DNA of 64,000 nucleotides. It comes from a phage. The number at the start of each line of letters is the position of its first letter. Positions within the stretch are counted from its first letter, which is position 1. The notes below the pieces were generated by a model. It did not search any database, was not told the origin of the DNA, and saw only the letters and a program-made list of their open reading frames with translations. This document shows, piece after piece, positions 54,695-63,262 of the stretch. The position numbers and the translations under genes are program-made. Location: assembly GCA_018509705.1 (NCBI GenBank), contig GCA_018509705.1_3630.1. One strand, 5' to 3'.

Positions 54695-55024
54695 TCAGCT
54701 ATCTTTGTTTTTAGGTTTATACATGCGGAGAGGTATAGTCTTTGTAACATTCCACTTCCTCAACCCTTCCCAGCTCCAATTGTGGGCGTGGTATCCGGTT
54801 ATGCATGCACTGCTAGAGTGATCGTAAGCATAAGAGAACGCTAAGCGCACCAGGTGAGGCCAGTCCTTCCACGGTTGTGGCCCGTAAGCTTTTCTCCAAC
54901 ACCGACACAAACTAAATGTCTCAAGGATAGGAAGGATAACAAACCCATACACTGTAACCAAAATAGTCAGTGCAATGATTGTCAGGAACACATACCCTGC
55001 AGTTGAAATGATGATCTCTGTCAT
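54695..55024 (-). CDS. Membrane protein
   Basis: N-terminal hydrophobic segments (IIISTAGYVFLTIIALTILVTVYGFVILPI). Confidence 0.45.
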   Translation of the reverse strand: MTEIIISTAGYVFLTIIALTILVTVYGFVILPILETFSLCRCWRKAYGPQPWKDWPHLVRLAFSYAYDHSSSACITGYHAHNWSWEGLRKWNVTKTIPLRMYKPKNKDS

Positions 55025-55218
55025 TTGTCGTCCCCTTTCTTACGGATATAAATGTGAGAACCTGCCTGTATATAAATTTCTCGACCATCTTCTGCAAAGA
55101 TGTGGAATACACGATCACCTTCGTACTCGATACGAGATATCTTCATGATTGTCTTTCCACCTGGGATGCGGATCTCGTCTCCCACAGCGATGTTCCATGC
55201 AGATTTAAGCTTAAACAT
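55021..55218 (-). CDS. Hypothetical protein
   Basis: Start reset to internal Met with AAGGAGGG RBS. Confidence 0.4.
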   Translation of the reverse strand: MFKLKSAWNIAVGDEIRIPGGKTIMKISRIEYEGDRVFHIFAEDGREIYIQAGSHIYIRKKGDDK

Positions 55219-55456
55219 CCGCACCCTCCTTTGGGAACTCGAATTCTGGCATAGCCATATACGCCACAACAGGGTTGTAATCAAAGTAGAAATGACCGTT
55301 AATTATCCCAGTTTTGTGAGCATAGTCACCAGATCCTGCAAGAACAACCTCGCAAACTCCGAAATCCACCTTGCCATTCTCATCTGCCATGGCTACAATA
55401 TACTTTCCTAGAGGCATGTTTTTAACGCCGTCTACAAATGTCCACCCTTTGTTCAT
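55211..55456 (-). CDS. Hypothetical protein
   Basis: 81-aa ORF. Confidence 0.4.
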   Translation of the reverse strand: MNKGWTFVDGVKNMPLGKYIVAMADENGKVDFGVCEVVLAGSGDYAHKTGIINGHFYFDYNPVVAYMAMPEFEFPKEGADV

Positions 55457-55477
55457 AACTTTATCTCCTGGACTTTC

Positions 55478-55810
55478 TTAAGGTAACCAGTAAACAATTT
55501 CGCCTTTCAGTTCCATGTCGTTACCGACATAGATTTTCCAGCCATCCATTTTAGCCACTGCAGGAGTGAAGTCCGTAGAACCACTAACCTCTTTCCAAGT
55601 CCCGTAGTCAGGTTGCCAGATATAGAATCCACCTTCCTTGTCCCATGCTCCATATACCACATCGAGCAGGTTGCCCATTGCAACAATAGTGGGCCGTGGG
55701 AATAATACATCTACAGATGCGCCACAATTTCGGGTAGATTTTAAATTACAATCCCAAAAGATGTCTGCCAGTGTAGCGGCAATAGCTTTACGTCTTTCTA
55801 ATGTTACCAT
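55478..55810 (-). CDS. Hypothetical protein
   Basis: 110-aa ORF. Confidence 0.45.
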   Translation of the reverse strand: MVTLERRKAIAATLADIFWDCNLKSTRNCGASVDVLFPRPTIVAMGNLLDVVYGAWDKEGGFYIWQPDYGTWKEVSGSTDFTPAVAKMDGWKIYVGNDMELKGEIVYWLP

Positions 55811-55817
55811 ATCATAC

Positions 55818-56009
55818 TCACTTGTTGTTAATAAGTTCTAAAACTTTCTGTCTTACTTTGTCAAGGTCTGTTGATTCAAAAACTGTGCGATATTCCCAAC
55901 TTTGCCCATAGGAGTGACTGCAATCCCCGTAGCACCATTGCTCAATTTGATAGTATTCAAGGAACGGGTGCTGTCTAACTATGATACCATCCCGGTTAAA
56001 AATTACCAT
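55818..56009 (-). CDS. Hypothetical protein
   Basis: 63-aa ORF. Confidence 0.35.
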   Translation of the reverse strand: MVIFNRDGIIVRQHPFLEYYQIEQWCYGDCSHSYGQSWEYRTVFESTDLDKVRQKVLELINNK

Positions 56010-56072
56010 AATACATCGCTCTCTGTTAGTTTATGCGTATATTATACACTGCAGTTTTCAGATGTCAACCTC

Positions 56073-56267
56073 TTACAGATTGCTCCAGTACAATCGGCAT
56101 TTACATTTTGGGCAATGAGGTTCTTTTATGTAATAACCGTCAGTCTTTGGAACACTTTTTGGTGCAGTTTTAATATTGTACCTGGTAAAACATCGGAAGC
56201 AGGTTACCTCTCCGATCTGTTGATCGTTAATCCACTCGCCAGAGTAAAGCTCTTTCTTGTTTCTCAT
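56073..56267 (-). CDS. Small zinc-ribbon-like protein
   Basis: CFRC...CPKCKC cysteine pairs; start reset to internal Met. Confidence 0.4.
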   Translation of the reverse strand: MRNKKELYSGEWINDQQIGEVTCFRCFTRYNIKTAPKSVPKTDGYYIKEPHCPKCKCRLYWSNL

Positions 56268-56518
56268 AATTCTCTTCAAAATCCTCTGCAATCTTATACC
56301 AAAATCTCCAGCCAGAAAGCACACGGGAACACTTTGAGGATTGAATCTTTACTTGGCTCGGAAGTTCTTTTTCCGTATGGTAGGTAGAAATACCCTCCTG
56401 CAGATTCGAATATAGCTCCTTCGGTTGTATCTACCACAGCAAGAATTAAGATTTTAGTCTCCACAGTGCTCCCCTCTCTTAGTTGTTGTGGTGACTATAC
56501 CATCTCAAAAACCAGCTG

Positions 56519-57076
56519 TCAACACTTTTTGTACTCCACCACGATAATATCCATATCAAAAGTGGCAAGGTTAATAACGTCCTCTACGTGCTCCCACTTC
56601 AAACCGCCTATGCCGCACCCGATCTTAGGGATGTAGAATGGTAAAGTCGATCCACTGAATACCTCATTGACTAGCTCAAAGCCTTTCAGGATTGAGAAAT
56701 ATTCAGCATTAGGTCCTGGGTAGAACTGAGTATACAGATTGATTCCGTAGACAATACCTCTCGGAGATAAGTGCTCCCATCGGGAGAACGCACCCAGTTT
56801 ACTTAGGCAACCATGTCTGGTCTCTTTGTCAGCTGCCAATGCTTGAGGGAACTCACGGGTAATCTGTTTTGCTATCCCCTTGCCCATTGTGTGGAAGCAG
56901 TTACAACCGTGGATCAGGTGACCAGCACCACTCTTAAAAAGGGAGATTAAATCTCCCTCTACAGTATCAATAATCACGGTATTCCAGCTCCTCTTCTGCA
57001 ATTTCCAAAAACTCATCCCAACCCTGTGGCATATTTGAGTTGCCGAAGTGGCTTTCGTAGTAGAGATTTTTACCAC
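56519..57076 (-). CDS. Macro-domain protein (ADP-ribose binding/processing), putative
   Basis: HGCNCFHTMGKGIAKQI resembles the macro NAAN..GGG motif; PKIGCGIGGL resembles the glycine-rich phosphate-binding loop. Confidence 0.5.
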   Translation of the reverse strand: MVKISTTKATSATQICHRVGMSFWKLQKRSWNTVIIDTVEGDLISLFKSGAGHLIHGCNCFHTMGKGIAKQITREFPQALAADKETRHGCLSKLGAFSRWEHLSPRGIVYGINLYTQFYPGPNAEYFSILKGFELVNEVFSGSTLPFYIPKIGCGIGGLKWEHVEDVINLATFDMDIIVVEYKKC

Positions 57077-57392
57077 TTGGAAGGTAGAAATCTGTTACCT
57101 CATAGAATCCACAATCGTCGCACTCACCTTCTTCAAACTTGGCCTCAACCTTAATACCGAGGAAGGTGAAAAGTTTATGGATATCTTCAGTTTCGAACTC
57201 CCAGTGAATGTTGTTTTCCGCATCGGTGTAGAACTGGATCAGCAGACCATTGTCCAGTTTACCAAAATACTCTGTGAAGTAACTTCCTTCCCAGAAATCT
57301 TTATGACAAATAATATCCATGCGTTTGCCCATAATAATGGTGTGAGCGTTTTGGGCATCGTCACGAATCAGTTTTGGCATTTCATAGATCAT
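56967..57392 (-). CDS. Hypothetical protein
   Basis: 141-aa ORF overlapping downstream gene start. Confidence 0.4.
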   Translation of the reverse strand: MIYEMPKLIRDDAQNAHTIIMGKRMDIICHKDFWEGSYFTEYFGKLDNGLLIQFYTDAENNIHWEFETEDIHKLFTFLGIKVEAKFEEGECDDCGFYEVTDFYLPSGKNLYYESHFGNSNMPQGWDEFLEIAEEELEYRDY

Positions 57393-57457
57393 CTTAGTTC
57401 TCCGGGTTCAACAGGTGGTGCTACAGGAAGATCATAAAACATGGCTATCACAGTCTC

Positions 57458-57655
57458 TTACACAGGAATTGCTTCAAATAGACCGTTATCTATACCGTCC
57501 TTCAGATAGAGATTATATTCTATATCGGTATCTGTATAAAGGGCAGCATCCAGCATTCTATCTGTGAGTCCATCCATCGGGTGGAGAAACCACCACCCAC
57601 GCCAGTCAAAGTAACAGCCTGGTGCATCTTCTCTTACACGGATTCGATAAATCAT
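57458..57655 (-). CDS. Hypothetical protein
   Basis: 65-aa ORF. Confidence 0.35.
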   Translation of the reverse strand: MIYRIRVREDAPGCYFDWRGWWFLHPMDGLTDRMLDAALYTDTDIEYNLYLKDGIDNGLFEAIPV

Positions 57656-57751
57656 GGGCAGTGGCCTCCTGTTAGTTATACATCCCAGTTTTCTTCGTTC
57701 ATCACGTCCTCCCGTTCTATGAAGTTATAATTGCACACCTTTCAACCTGTG

Positions 57752-58168
57752 TCAACAGAAAACTTCAACAAATTCTTCCACAGTTTTAATGTCGTGGGAA
57801 AAAGGTTTACGGCTATAACGGGCAATAGCACTATCAACCACCGCCCGGTACTCCAAATCTTCAGAATATTTCATGAAGCATTGCAGCGTCTCTGGGCAGA
57901 TAGCTAAATAGCTCCACCACCCCTCTTCAGATTGGTAGTCGAATCCCATACTCTCCAACCATGAAGCATATACGCCTGCACCCTCAAGCCAGTGAGTATT
58001 TTCATCCAGAAACTTGTTAATAGACATGTGAGCTTCTAAGCATTTATCCAGCTCTTTTCCGTTAACCAGCCACGCACTGACCATGGCGCATCCAAGGTCT
58101 ACAGATTGAGTTGACAGGTTGTATTGGTCATAGTTCTCAGGTTTAACAATGATATCTTCTAATGTCAT
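57752..58168 (-). CDS. Hypothetical protein
   Basis: 138-aa ORF. Confidence 0.45.
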   Translation of the reverse strand: MTLEDIIVKPENYDQYNLSTQSVDLGCAMVSAWLVNGKELDKCLEAHMSINKFLDENTHWLEGAGVYASWLESMGFDYQSEEGWWSYLAICPETLQCFMKYSEDLEYRAVVDSAIARYSRKPFSHDIKTVEEFVEVFC

Positions 58169-58229
58169 TTTTCAGATCTCCTTATACAAAAAGCCCCACC
58201 CTTTCGGGCAGGGCTATGTTAGTTATGTG

Positions 58230-58808
58230 TTAAAAGTATTCATAGAAGTATCCATCTGGAGCTGGAATTTTTTCATGAATGTAGTAACCAATATATATTC
58301 CAGTTTCTCTGCTACAAGAGTTGTGGGATACCCATTCTTTAAGAACGTTACCATTCATGTCCAACCTCCTTACATTTTTGCACCGTCTACCGCTGGTGCT
58401 TCTATGTAACAGAATATCCTCTGTCTGCTTGTCTTTATTTTCTCCCCAAGTCGTTAAACGGATATTATCAAAAGAGTACCCTTTGAAATCATCTATCCTG
58501 TCGCAAGAAGGCTTTTTCCTTTTGTCGTATCCGCTGGCTACCCACTGATCATACAACTCTTTGTAACCGTTTAGGTATAGCCACTCCTTAAACTCTTTTT
58601 TGGTGTAAGTCGGAGGAGGGTGACCTCTTTGCTTGCTGTTGCACTTTTGAGCCTTGTACAACACACGTATTACACCTTTTTCTGAAGAGTCTTTAGCAAA
58701 TTGGTCAGCCTCCCTGCTGGCCTTCTTGCAACACTCTTTGCACGTTGATTTGTTACTGGTGTAGAAGTCGGAGGCCTCCTTGTCCTCTCCACAACGTTTG
58801 CATTTCAT
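58230..58808 (-). CDS. Zinc-ribbon protein, possibly a nuclease/homing-endonuclease-like protein
   Basis: N-terminal CKRCG...CKECC; no clear catalytic motif identified. Confidence 0.3.
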   Translation of the reverse strand: MKCKRCGEDKEASDFYTSNKSTCKECCKKASREADQFAKDSSEKGVIRVLYKAQKCNSKQRGHPPPTYTKKEFKEWLYLNGYKELYDQWVASGYDKRKKPSCDRIDDFKGYSFDNIRLTTWGENKDKQTEDILLHRSTSGRRCKNVRRLDMNGNVLKEWVSHNSCSRETGIYIGYYIHEKIPAPDGYFYEYF

Positions 58809-58816
58809 AACTGACC

Positions 58817-60043
58817 TCAGAAAGGGATCGAGTCATCGAACTCATACTGTGCTGGATTCTGGCCCATCGGGTCATCTTCCTCGTCATTTACAGGAGGAGC
58901 GTCTACAGTGTTTTGCTGTGGAGCGGCTTCCTGTTTGGCAGTTTGAGGTTCTTGATGGTCAGTTGACCCAGCCCCGTTCTTGATCCAATCGTACAACGGC
59001 TCAGCCAGATTAGTCAAGACATCTTTTGCTTCTGTAGTAATTGCCACTGCAAAATCATCAACTTTCGTTTTCTTGTCAATACGGCGACAAGCGTTCAACA
59101 CCGCATTACCGACACTGGCACCCACTTCATCTTCAGTTCGGTTGGTGGCTTGAGCATACTCTTTCTTAAGCTCAATGGTGACTACGTGCAGTGTTTTAGC
59201 CATGCCTAGTGGGTCGTCTACCTTAAACCCGCGATCCAGGATGATTTGCAACGCATTGATGCTATGCCCCGTTTCCACACCGATAGGGTCGTAAGAGGAT
59301 TTACGCTTGCCACCAGAGCCTTGAGTGCCGTTCTCTGCCTTAGGAGGATAGGCCTTGAAACCACTGATAATGTTTCCGGTGTCTTTGTCAACAATGGCTG
59401 CAACACGACCACCTACCACCAGGTCTTTAAGCTGCTCATCAGTGACAACCATAGCACCTTCGCCAATCTTGTGGTCATTAACAGTAACCACGTTGCCAAC
59501 AATCTGAGTCACATCACCATAGATGCGTAAAACGTCCTGATTGGCATTCTGCTGAGGTTTCTGCTTCTGGCCTTGTGATTGTGCACCTTGTTGCTGTTTT
59601 TGCTGCTGAGTCGCTGCTGGAGCCTCTCCTGCACCCAGCTTAACCATCTTAGCCAGTGAGCCTTTGTAATAGGTCTTACCGTTATGCTCGTTTGCCTTCA
59701 AAGGGATATTTACGATCCATCCTGGCGTTACGGTTTCCCACTTGTCATCAATCTTAACAGAGACAGAGTCTTGATGACCCGGTTTAAGCAGTTTATCACC
59801 CATGCTGATCCAGACTTCTTCACCACCTTGAAGCAGGTTATCAGAGGAATCCAGTTCAGAAATCAGTAAAGAGATGGTGTGGCTGGATTCAATTTTCTTA
59901 CCTTGCCACACAGTGGTTTTAATACCTGTTGTAGGATCAGCACCTTTGATAGGCTTGATGCTGACACGTTTAATCATGCCGTGAGCCAGTAAAACAGTTT
60001 CACGCGGATTCATCGGGTTAGCGAATTGTTGAATAACGCTCAT
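58817..60043 (-). CDS. Putative single-stranded DNA-binding protein
   Basis: C-terminal acidic tail ending DDSIPF resembles SSB tip DDDIPF; central Q-rich linker; 408 aa. Confidence 0.4.
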   Translation of the reverse strand: MSVIQQFANPMNPRETVLLAHGMIKRVSIKPIKGADPTTGIKTTVWQGKKIESSHTISLLISELDSSDNLLQGGEEVWISMGDKLLKPGHQDSVSVKIDDKWETVTPGWIVNIPLKANEHNGKTYYKGSLAKMVKLGAGEAPAATQQQKQQQGAQSQGQKQKPQQNANQDVLRIYGDVTQIVGNVVTVNDHKIGEGAMVVTDEQLKDLVVGGRVAAIVDKDTGNIISGFKAYPPKAENGTQGSGGKRKSSYDPIGVETGHSINALQIILDRGFKVDDPLGMAKTLHVVTIELKKEYAQATNRTEDEVGASVGNAVLNACRRIDKKTKVDDFAVAITTEAKDVLTNLAEPLYDWIKNGAGSTDHQEPQTAKQEAAPQQNTVDAPPVNDEEDDPMGQNPAQYEFDDSIPF

Positions 60044-60408
60044 TATTTGTCTCCTTGTTCTTCGTTAGTGTTTGCCGTGTGTGCAAACCCTGCTTGAATT
60101 AATTTGTCCTGAACTTGAGCCAACAGCCCCATTGCAAAACTTGTGGTCCCAGAGAGGGCCATCAGCATATCTCGTTGTTGAGCTACCCAACCTAAGGCAT
60201 AGTCCAAACGACGATATTTTTCTTCTTCACGCAGAGCTTGAAATAATTGTTCAGCCTCTGGTTGTTGTGTGAGCTCCTGAAGTCTTCCCATGAAAGAAGA
60301 AAGCACTAGCAGAAGAGACACTTGATCTTTACTTAACCCTAAGAAAAATTCTTGAGGTTGTTCTTGCTCGTTCATCGCAACCGACGCTTGATCGTTCATT
60401 TGTTCCAT
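60043..60408 (-). CDS. Hypothetical protein
   Basis: 121-aa ORF, stop/start overlap with SSB-like gene. Confidence 0.45.
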   Translation of the reverse strand: MEQMNDQASVAMNEQEQPQEFFLGLSKDQVSLLLVLSSFMGRLQELTQQPEAEQLFQALREEEKYRRLDYALGWVAQQRDMLMALSGTTSFAMGLLAQVQDKLIQAGFAHTANTNEEQGDK

Positions 60409-60491
60409 TATGGAATCTCCGATTTTATTTGAACAACATAGAAGGAGACACTATTTTAGCATCCCCTTCTGCAAATTACAATAGGTATTTG

Positions 60492-60737
60492 TTAGCCAAT
60501 CACTTCGAAAGTTCCCCAATTCCCGTCCAGCAGGCAGGTGATCGGATCCCCATCGTCGTCAAAGATTTCAAAGTTTTCAGCATCCAGGATGTGGCCCTCG
60601 AACACAATACTTTCGTCGCCACCACCAGAAATAACAGCGTATTCCTTACCTTGAGTCAAGTTTTGACACCCTTTGCCACCAAAACCTACTTCAACACAAC
60701 GTACTTTCTGTCCTGCGCGAGCAACTACTTCAGTCAT
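60492..60737 (-). CDS. Hypothetical protein
   Basis: 81-aa ORF. Confidence 0.4.
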   Translation of the reverse strand: MTEVVARAGQKVRCVEVGFGGKGCQNLTQGKEYAVISGGGDESIVFEGHILDAENFEIFDDDGDPITCLLDGNWGTFEVIG

Positions 60738-60754
60738 CTTAAGGTCTCCTGATA

Positions 60755-61075
60755 TTAATCGTCAAGTTCAAAATAGATTTTAACAGCTTCATCAAAGATT
60801 GGAATCCCAATGTTGTTGATAAGCTGCCAAACTACCATATCTTTACCTGGATCTGGGAGAATGTCAACCTTTCTCCATGCGCTGTATATCCAGTTCGGAC
60901 CACCTTCTGCACTAACTGGCAGATTTTCACCAGCCTCCTGCAGATACTTATACAGCAAAAGATATTCTGGATACTCTAGAACACTGTCCTCTGTAGTATA
61001 TAGCAGTTCACGGTATACTTTTAAGAACCCTGCTGGGGTAATGTTTTCAGTCTTCATTTGCCGCTTCTCCTGCAT
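60755..61075 (-). CDS. Hypothetical protein
   Basis: 106-aa ORF. Confidence 0.45.
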   Translation of the reverse strand: MQEKRQMKTENITPAGFLKVYRELLYTTEDSVLEYPEYLLLYKYLQEAGENLPVSAEGGPNWIYSAWRKVDILPDPGKDMVVWQLINNIGIPIFDEAVKIYFELDD

Positions 61076-61439
61076 TCATCAGGTCTGCCATAGCGTCACC
61101 TACGAAGAGAACAACCACATCGTTGACAGCGTCAGCATCATCTTTATTGACGTTGCTGAATTTAGGACACACCGCAATGATCATATAGACACCGTTACCA
61201 ACCTGAACTGTCCGTGTGGTGCACATCATGGCGGTATTTGTGCCTTCTTTGAAGGCGAAGCCTTGAAGACGCTCCTCTAAAGTGTTACCGGTAGATTTCA
61301 GAAGCGCCAGCTCGTCCAAGGCATAGATGATATCTCCGGAAGTTAGTGTTGCCTTGCCATCAGACACCATAATAACTCCATCAGTACCGTCAAGCTTAGA
61401 GGCTTCAAAGATATCAATATCCCAAATATTTTTCATCAC
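61047..61439 (-). CDS. Hypothetical protein
   Basis: 130-aa ORF. Confidence 0.45.
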   Translation of the reverse strand: MMKNIWDIDIFEASKLDGTDGVIMVSDGKATLTSGDIIYALDELALLKSTGNTLEERLQGFAFKEGTNTAMMCTTRTVQVGNGVYMIIAVCPKFSNVNKDDADAVNDVVVLFVGDAMADLMNAGEAANED

Positions 61440-61756
61440 GCTTCCTCGTCGTCTAAAGAGTTGAAGATTTCACCGAAGTATTCTAAGACTTCTAGCTCCC
61501 GTGTGGTGCAGAAAACACAGTCACCGTTGTCATCCTCGATAACGGCCTCTTTACCCAGCACATCTACTTCAAGTTTATCGTTCAACAGGACAGCCCCTGT
61601 GTAAACTTTGTCGGCTGTGCAGTCCCGAAAAGCAGAGTCTTTCTCCAGATAGTCTGGCTTAACCTTGGCTTTAATTCGTTGGTATTGTTTGGTCATTGCT
61701 GTGGTCCCCTTTCGTTTTGATAGGGCCATTATATTAGGCCCCATCACTGTTGTCAA
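61436..61756 (-). CDS. Hypothetical protein (AFRDCT paralog)
   Basis: Shares AF[RK]DCT block and Cys spacing with ORF 61760. Confidence 0.45.
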   Translation of the reverse strand: MTTVMGPNIMALSKRKGTTAMTKQYQRIKAKVKPDYLEKDSAFRDCTADKVYTGAVLLNDKLEVDVLGKEAVIEDDNGDCVFCTTRELEVLEYFGEIFNSLDDEEA

Positions 61757-61759
61757 GTA

Positions 61760-62014
61760 TTAATGTTCAGGTTTTACAAAAACTACTTCATTAACAGTGC
61801 ACCATACAGAGTCTCCTTCATCATCTTTAAAGGTAAGGCACTGTGCTGAGTTTTCCAGCTCATCGATCTCTTCTTGTGATAAAGGGGCCCCTTCTTCCAG
61901 GAGGGCTTTTACCAGAGGGTTCTCACAAAACTCTGCTTCATAAATTGCACCGACTGTGCAATCTTTAAAAGCTCGGTCATTTGCAACGCATTCTGACTTC
62001 AAAGTAATTTTCAT
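61760..62014 (-). CDS. Hypothetical protein (AFKDCT paralog)
   Basis: Paralog of ORF 61436. Confidence 0.45.
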   Translation of the reverse strand: MKITLKSECVANDRAFKDCTVGAIYEAEFCENPLVKALLEEGAPLSQEEIDELENSAQCLTFKDDEGDSVWCTVNEVVFVKPEH

Positions 62015-62090
62015 CTTAGCAGTCTCCTTAGTTATTTAAAAATCAACACTCTGTTTGTGCGAAGCATCTTATATCTAATCTTACTTCTTG

Positions 62091-62489
62091 TCAATGGCTA
62101 TTTTCAATCAGCCACACAGGGTCTAGGTAAATTTGTTGGCGTGTTGCCCAATGACAAACTTCATTGTACATCTGAATCTCTTTGTCAGTCAGTTCACGAA
62201 TAGGCTCATCTATACCCTCATTTTTGTGGTAATCCCAGTCGGCATCGATTTCCCACAACCATGACTTGTTGTCACCACGCTTACGCACACAGAAGTCACC
62301 GGGACGGCCTGCCAATGCATTTAAGAACTCGTTCTCCGCTCGCTCCTGAAGAATACTAAGGAGCAAAACGTTGGAGCATGACCGTAAAATATGCTTCAGC
62401 TCACAATCATCAATCTCAACTTCAATACGTTGTTTGACTGTGTGGGTACCTTTTACTAACATCCTACCTCCTCTAAACGAACTCTGCAA
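62091..62489 (-). CDS. Hypothetical protein
   Basis: 132-aa ORF. Confidence 0.45.
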   Translation of the reverse strand: MQSSFRGGRMLVKGTHTVKQRIEVEIDDCELKHILRSCSNVLLLSILQERAENEFLNALAGRPGDFCVRKRGDNKSWLWEIDADWDYHKNEGIDEPIRELTDKEIQMYNEVCHWATRQQIYLDPVWLIENSH

Positions 62490-62667
62490 GAGTTGTGTTG
62501 TTCACTGCACCGCAGTAAATGGAGTATCCCAGCCCATTAGAGTGCAGAAACCACGGCGTGCCGAAATTATCTTTCACGTAGACATCACCGTTGTTTGTAA
62601 AGGGCCAATATTCTTCCCCAAGGGTAAAATACCTATTCATACCTTCAGCAAGATACTTTACTTTCAT
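62473..62667 (-). CDS. Small paralog family C member
   Basis: KDNFGTPWFLHSNG motif. Confidence 0.4.
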   Translation of the reverse strand: MKVKYLAEGMNRYFTLGEEYWPFTNNGDVYVKDNFGTPWFLHSNGLGYSIYCGAVNNTTLAEFV

Positions 62668-62891
62668 AGGTCCTCTTCAACAACTACAAACTTGGCAAGC
62701 AAAGTGGTTCCGTAGATATGATACTCACCGTTTGCCAGGTGAGAGATATACCAGGCAACCCCTTCCTCGTCTTTAATCATTTTGTTTGCACGAGCTTTAT
62801 CGTAATAAACCTCGTAGGTCTTTCCTTCTTTAAAGAATGACAGGTCTGTCATCTTTTCTTCTACAAAGGTAGCTTTAACCAAAGTCGTCAT
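62664..62891 (-). CDS. Small paralog family C member
   Basis: KDEEGVAWYISHLANG motif. Confidence 0.4.
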   Translation of the reverse strand: MTTLVKATFVEEKMTDLSFFKEGKTYEVYYDKARANKMIKDEEGVAWYISHLANGEYHIYGTTLLAKFVVVEEDL

Positions 62892-63262
62892 TGATCGGTC
62901 TCCTTCTTGTTAAGTCTGAATACTGCAATAATAGCATTCCCAAGGTGCAGTGTCAAGTCATTTCCAAGATACCACAGCATCCCACGGTCATCTTTAATGA
63001 AAGGGTAACAATCTGGTGCCTTCCAGACATTGTACACTTTCCCAACCTGAAAGAAATCAGGCCCTGTTGGGATTTTGGTGCCAGGCCACACTTGAGATAC
63101 CTGAACACACTCCACCTGCATAATAACAGGAATGGTCATGGATGTAAATGTTTTTGTTGGCTCTACTACCATAAAAGTCTCCTCTTTGCTCAACAGCACC
63201 TCCCTGTGCTGATAGTTTACATTAGTGACAATCACCCCAGTTACGACCACACAAGTATTCAC
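62888..63262 (-). CDS. Small paralog family C member
   Basis: KDDRGMLWYLGNDL motif. Confidence 0.4.
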   Translation of the reverse strand: MNTCVVVTGVIVTNVNYQHREVLLSKEETFMVVEPTKTFTSMTIPVIMQVECVQVSQVWPGTKIPTGPDFFQVGKVYNVWKAPDCYPFIKDDRGMLWYLGNDLTLHLGNAIIAVFRLNKKETDQ

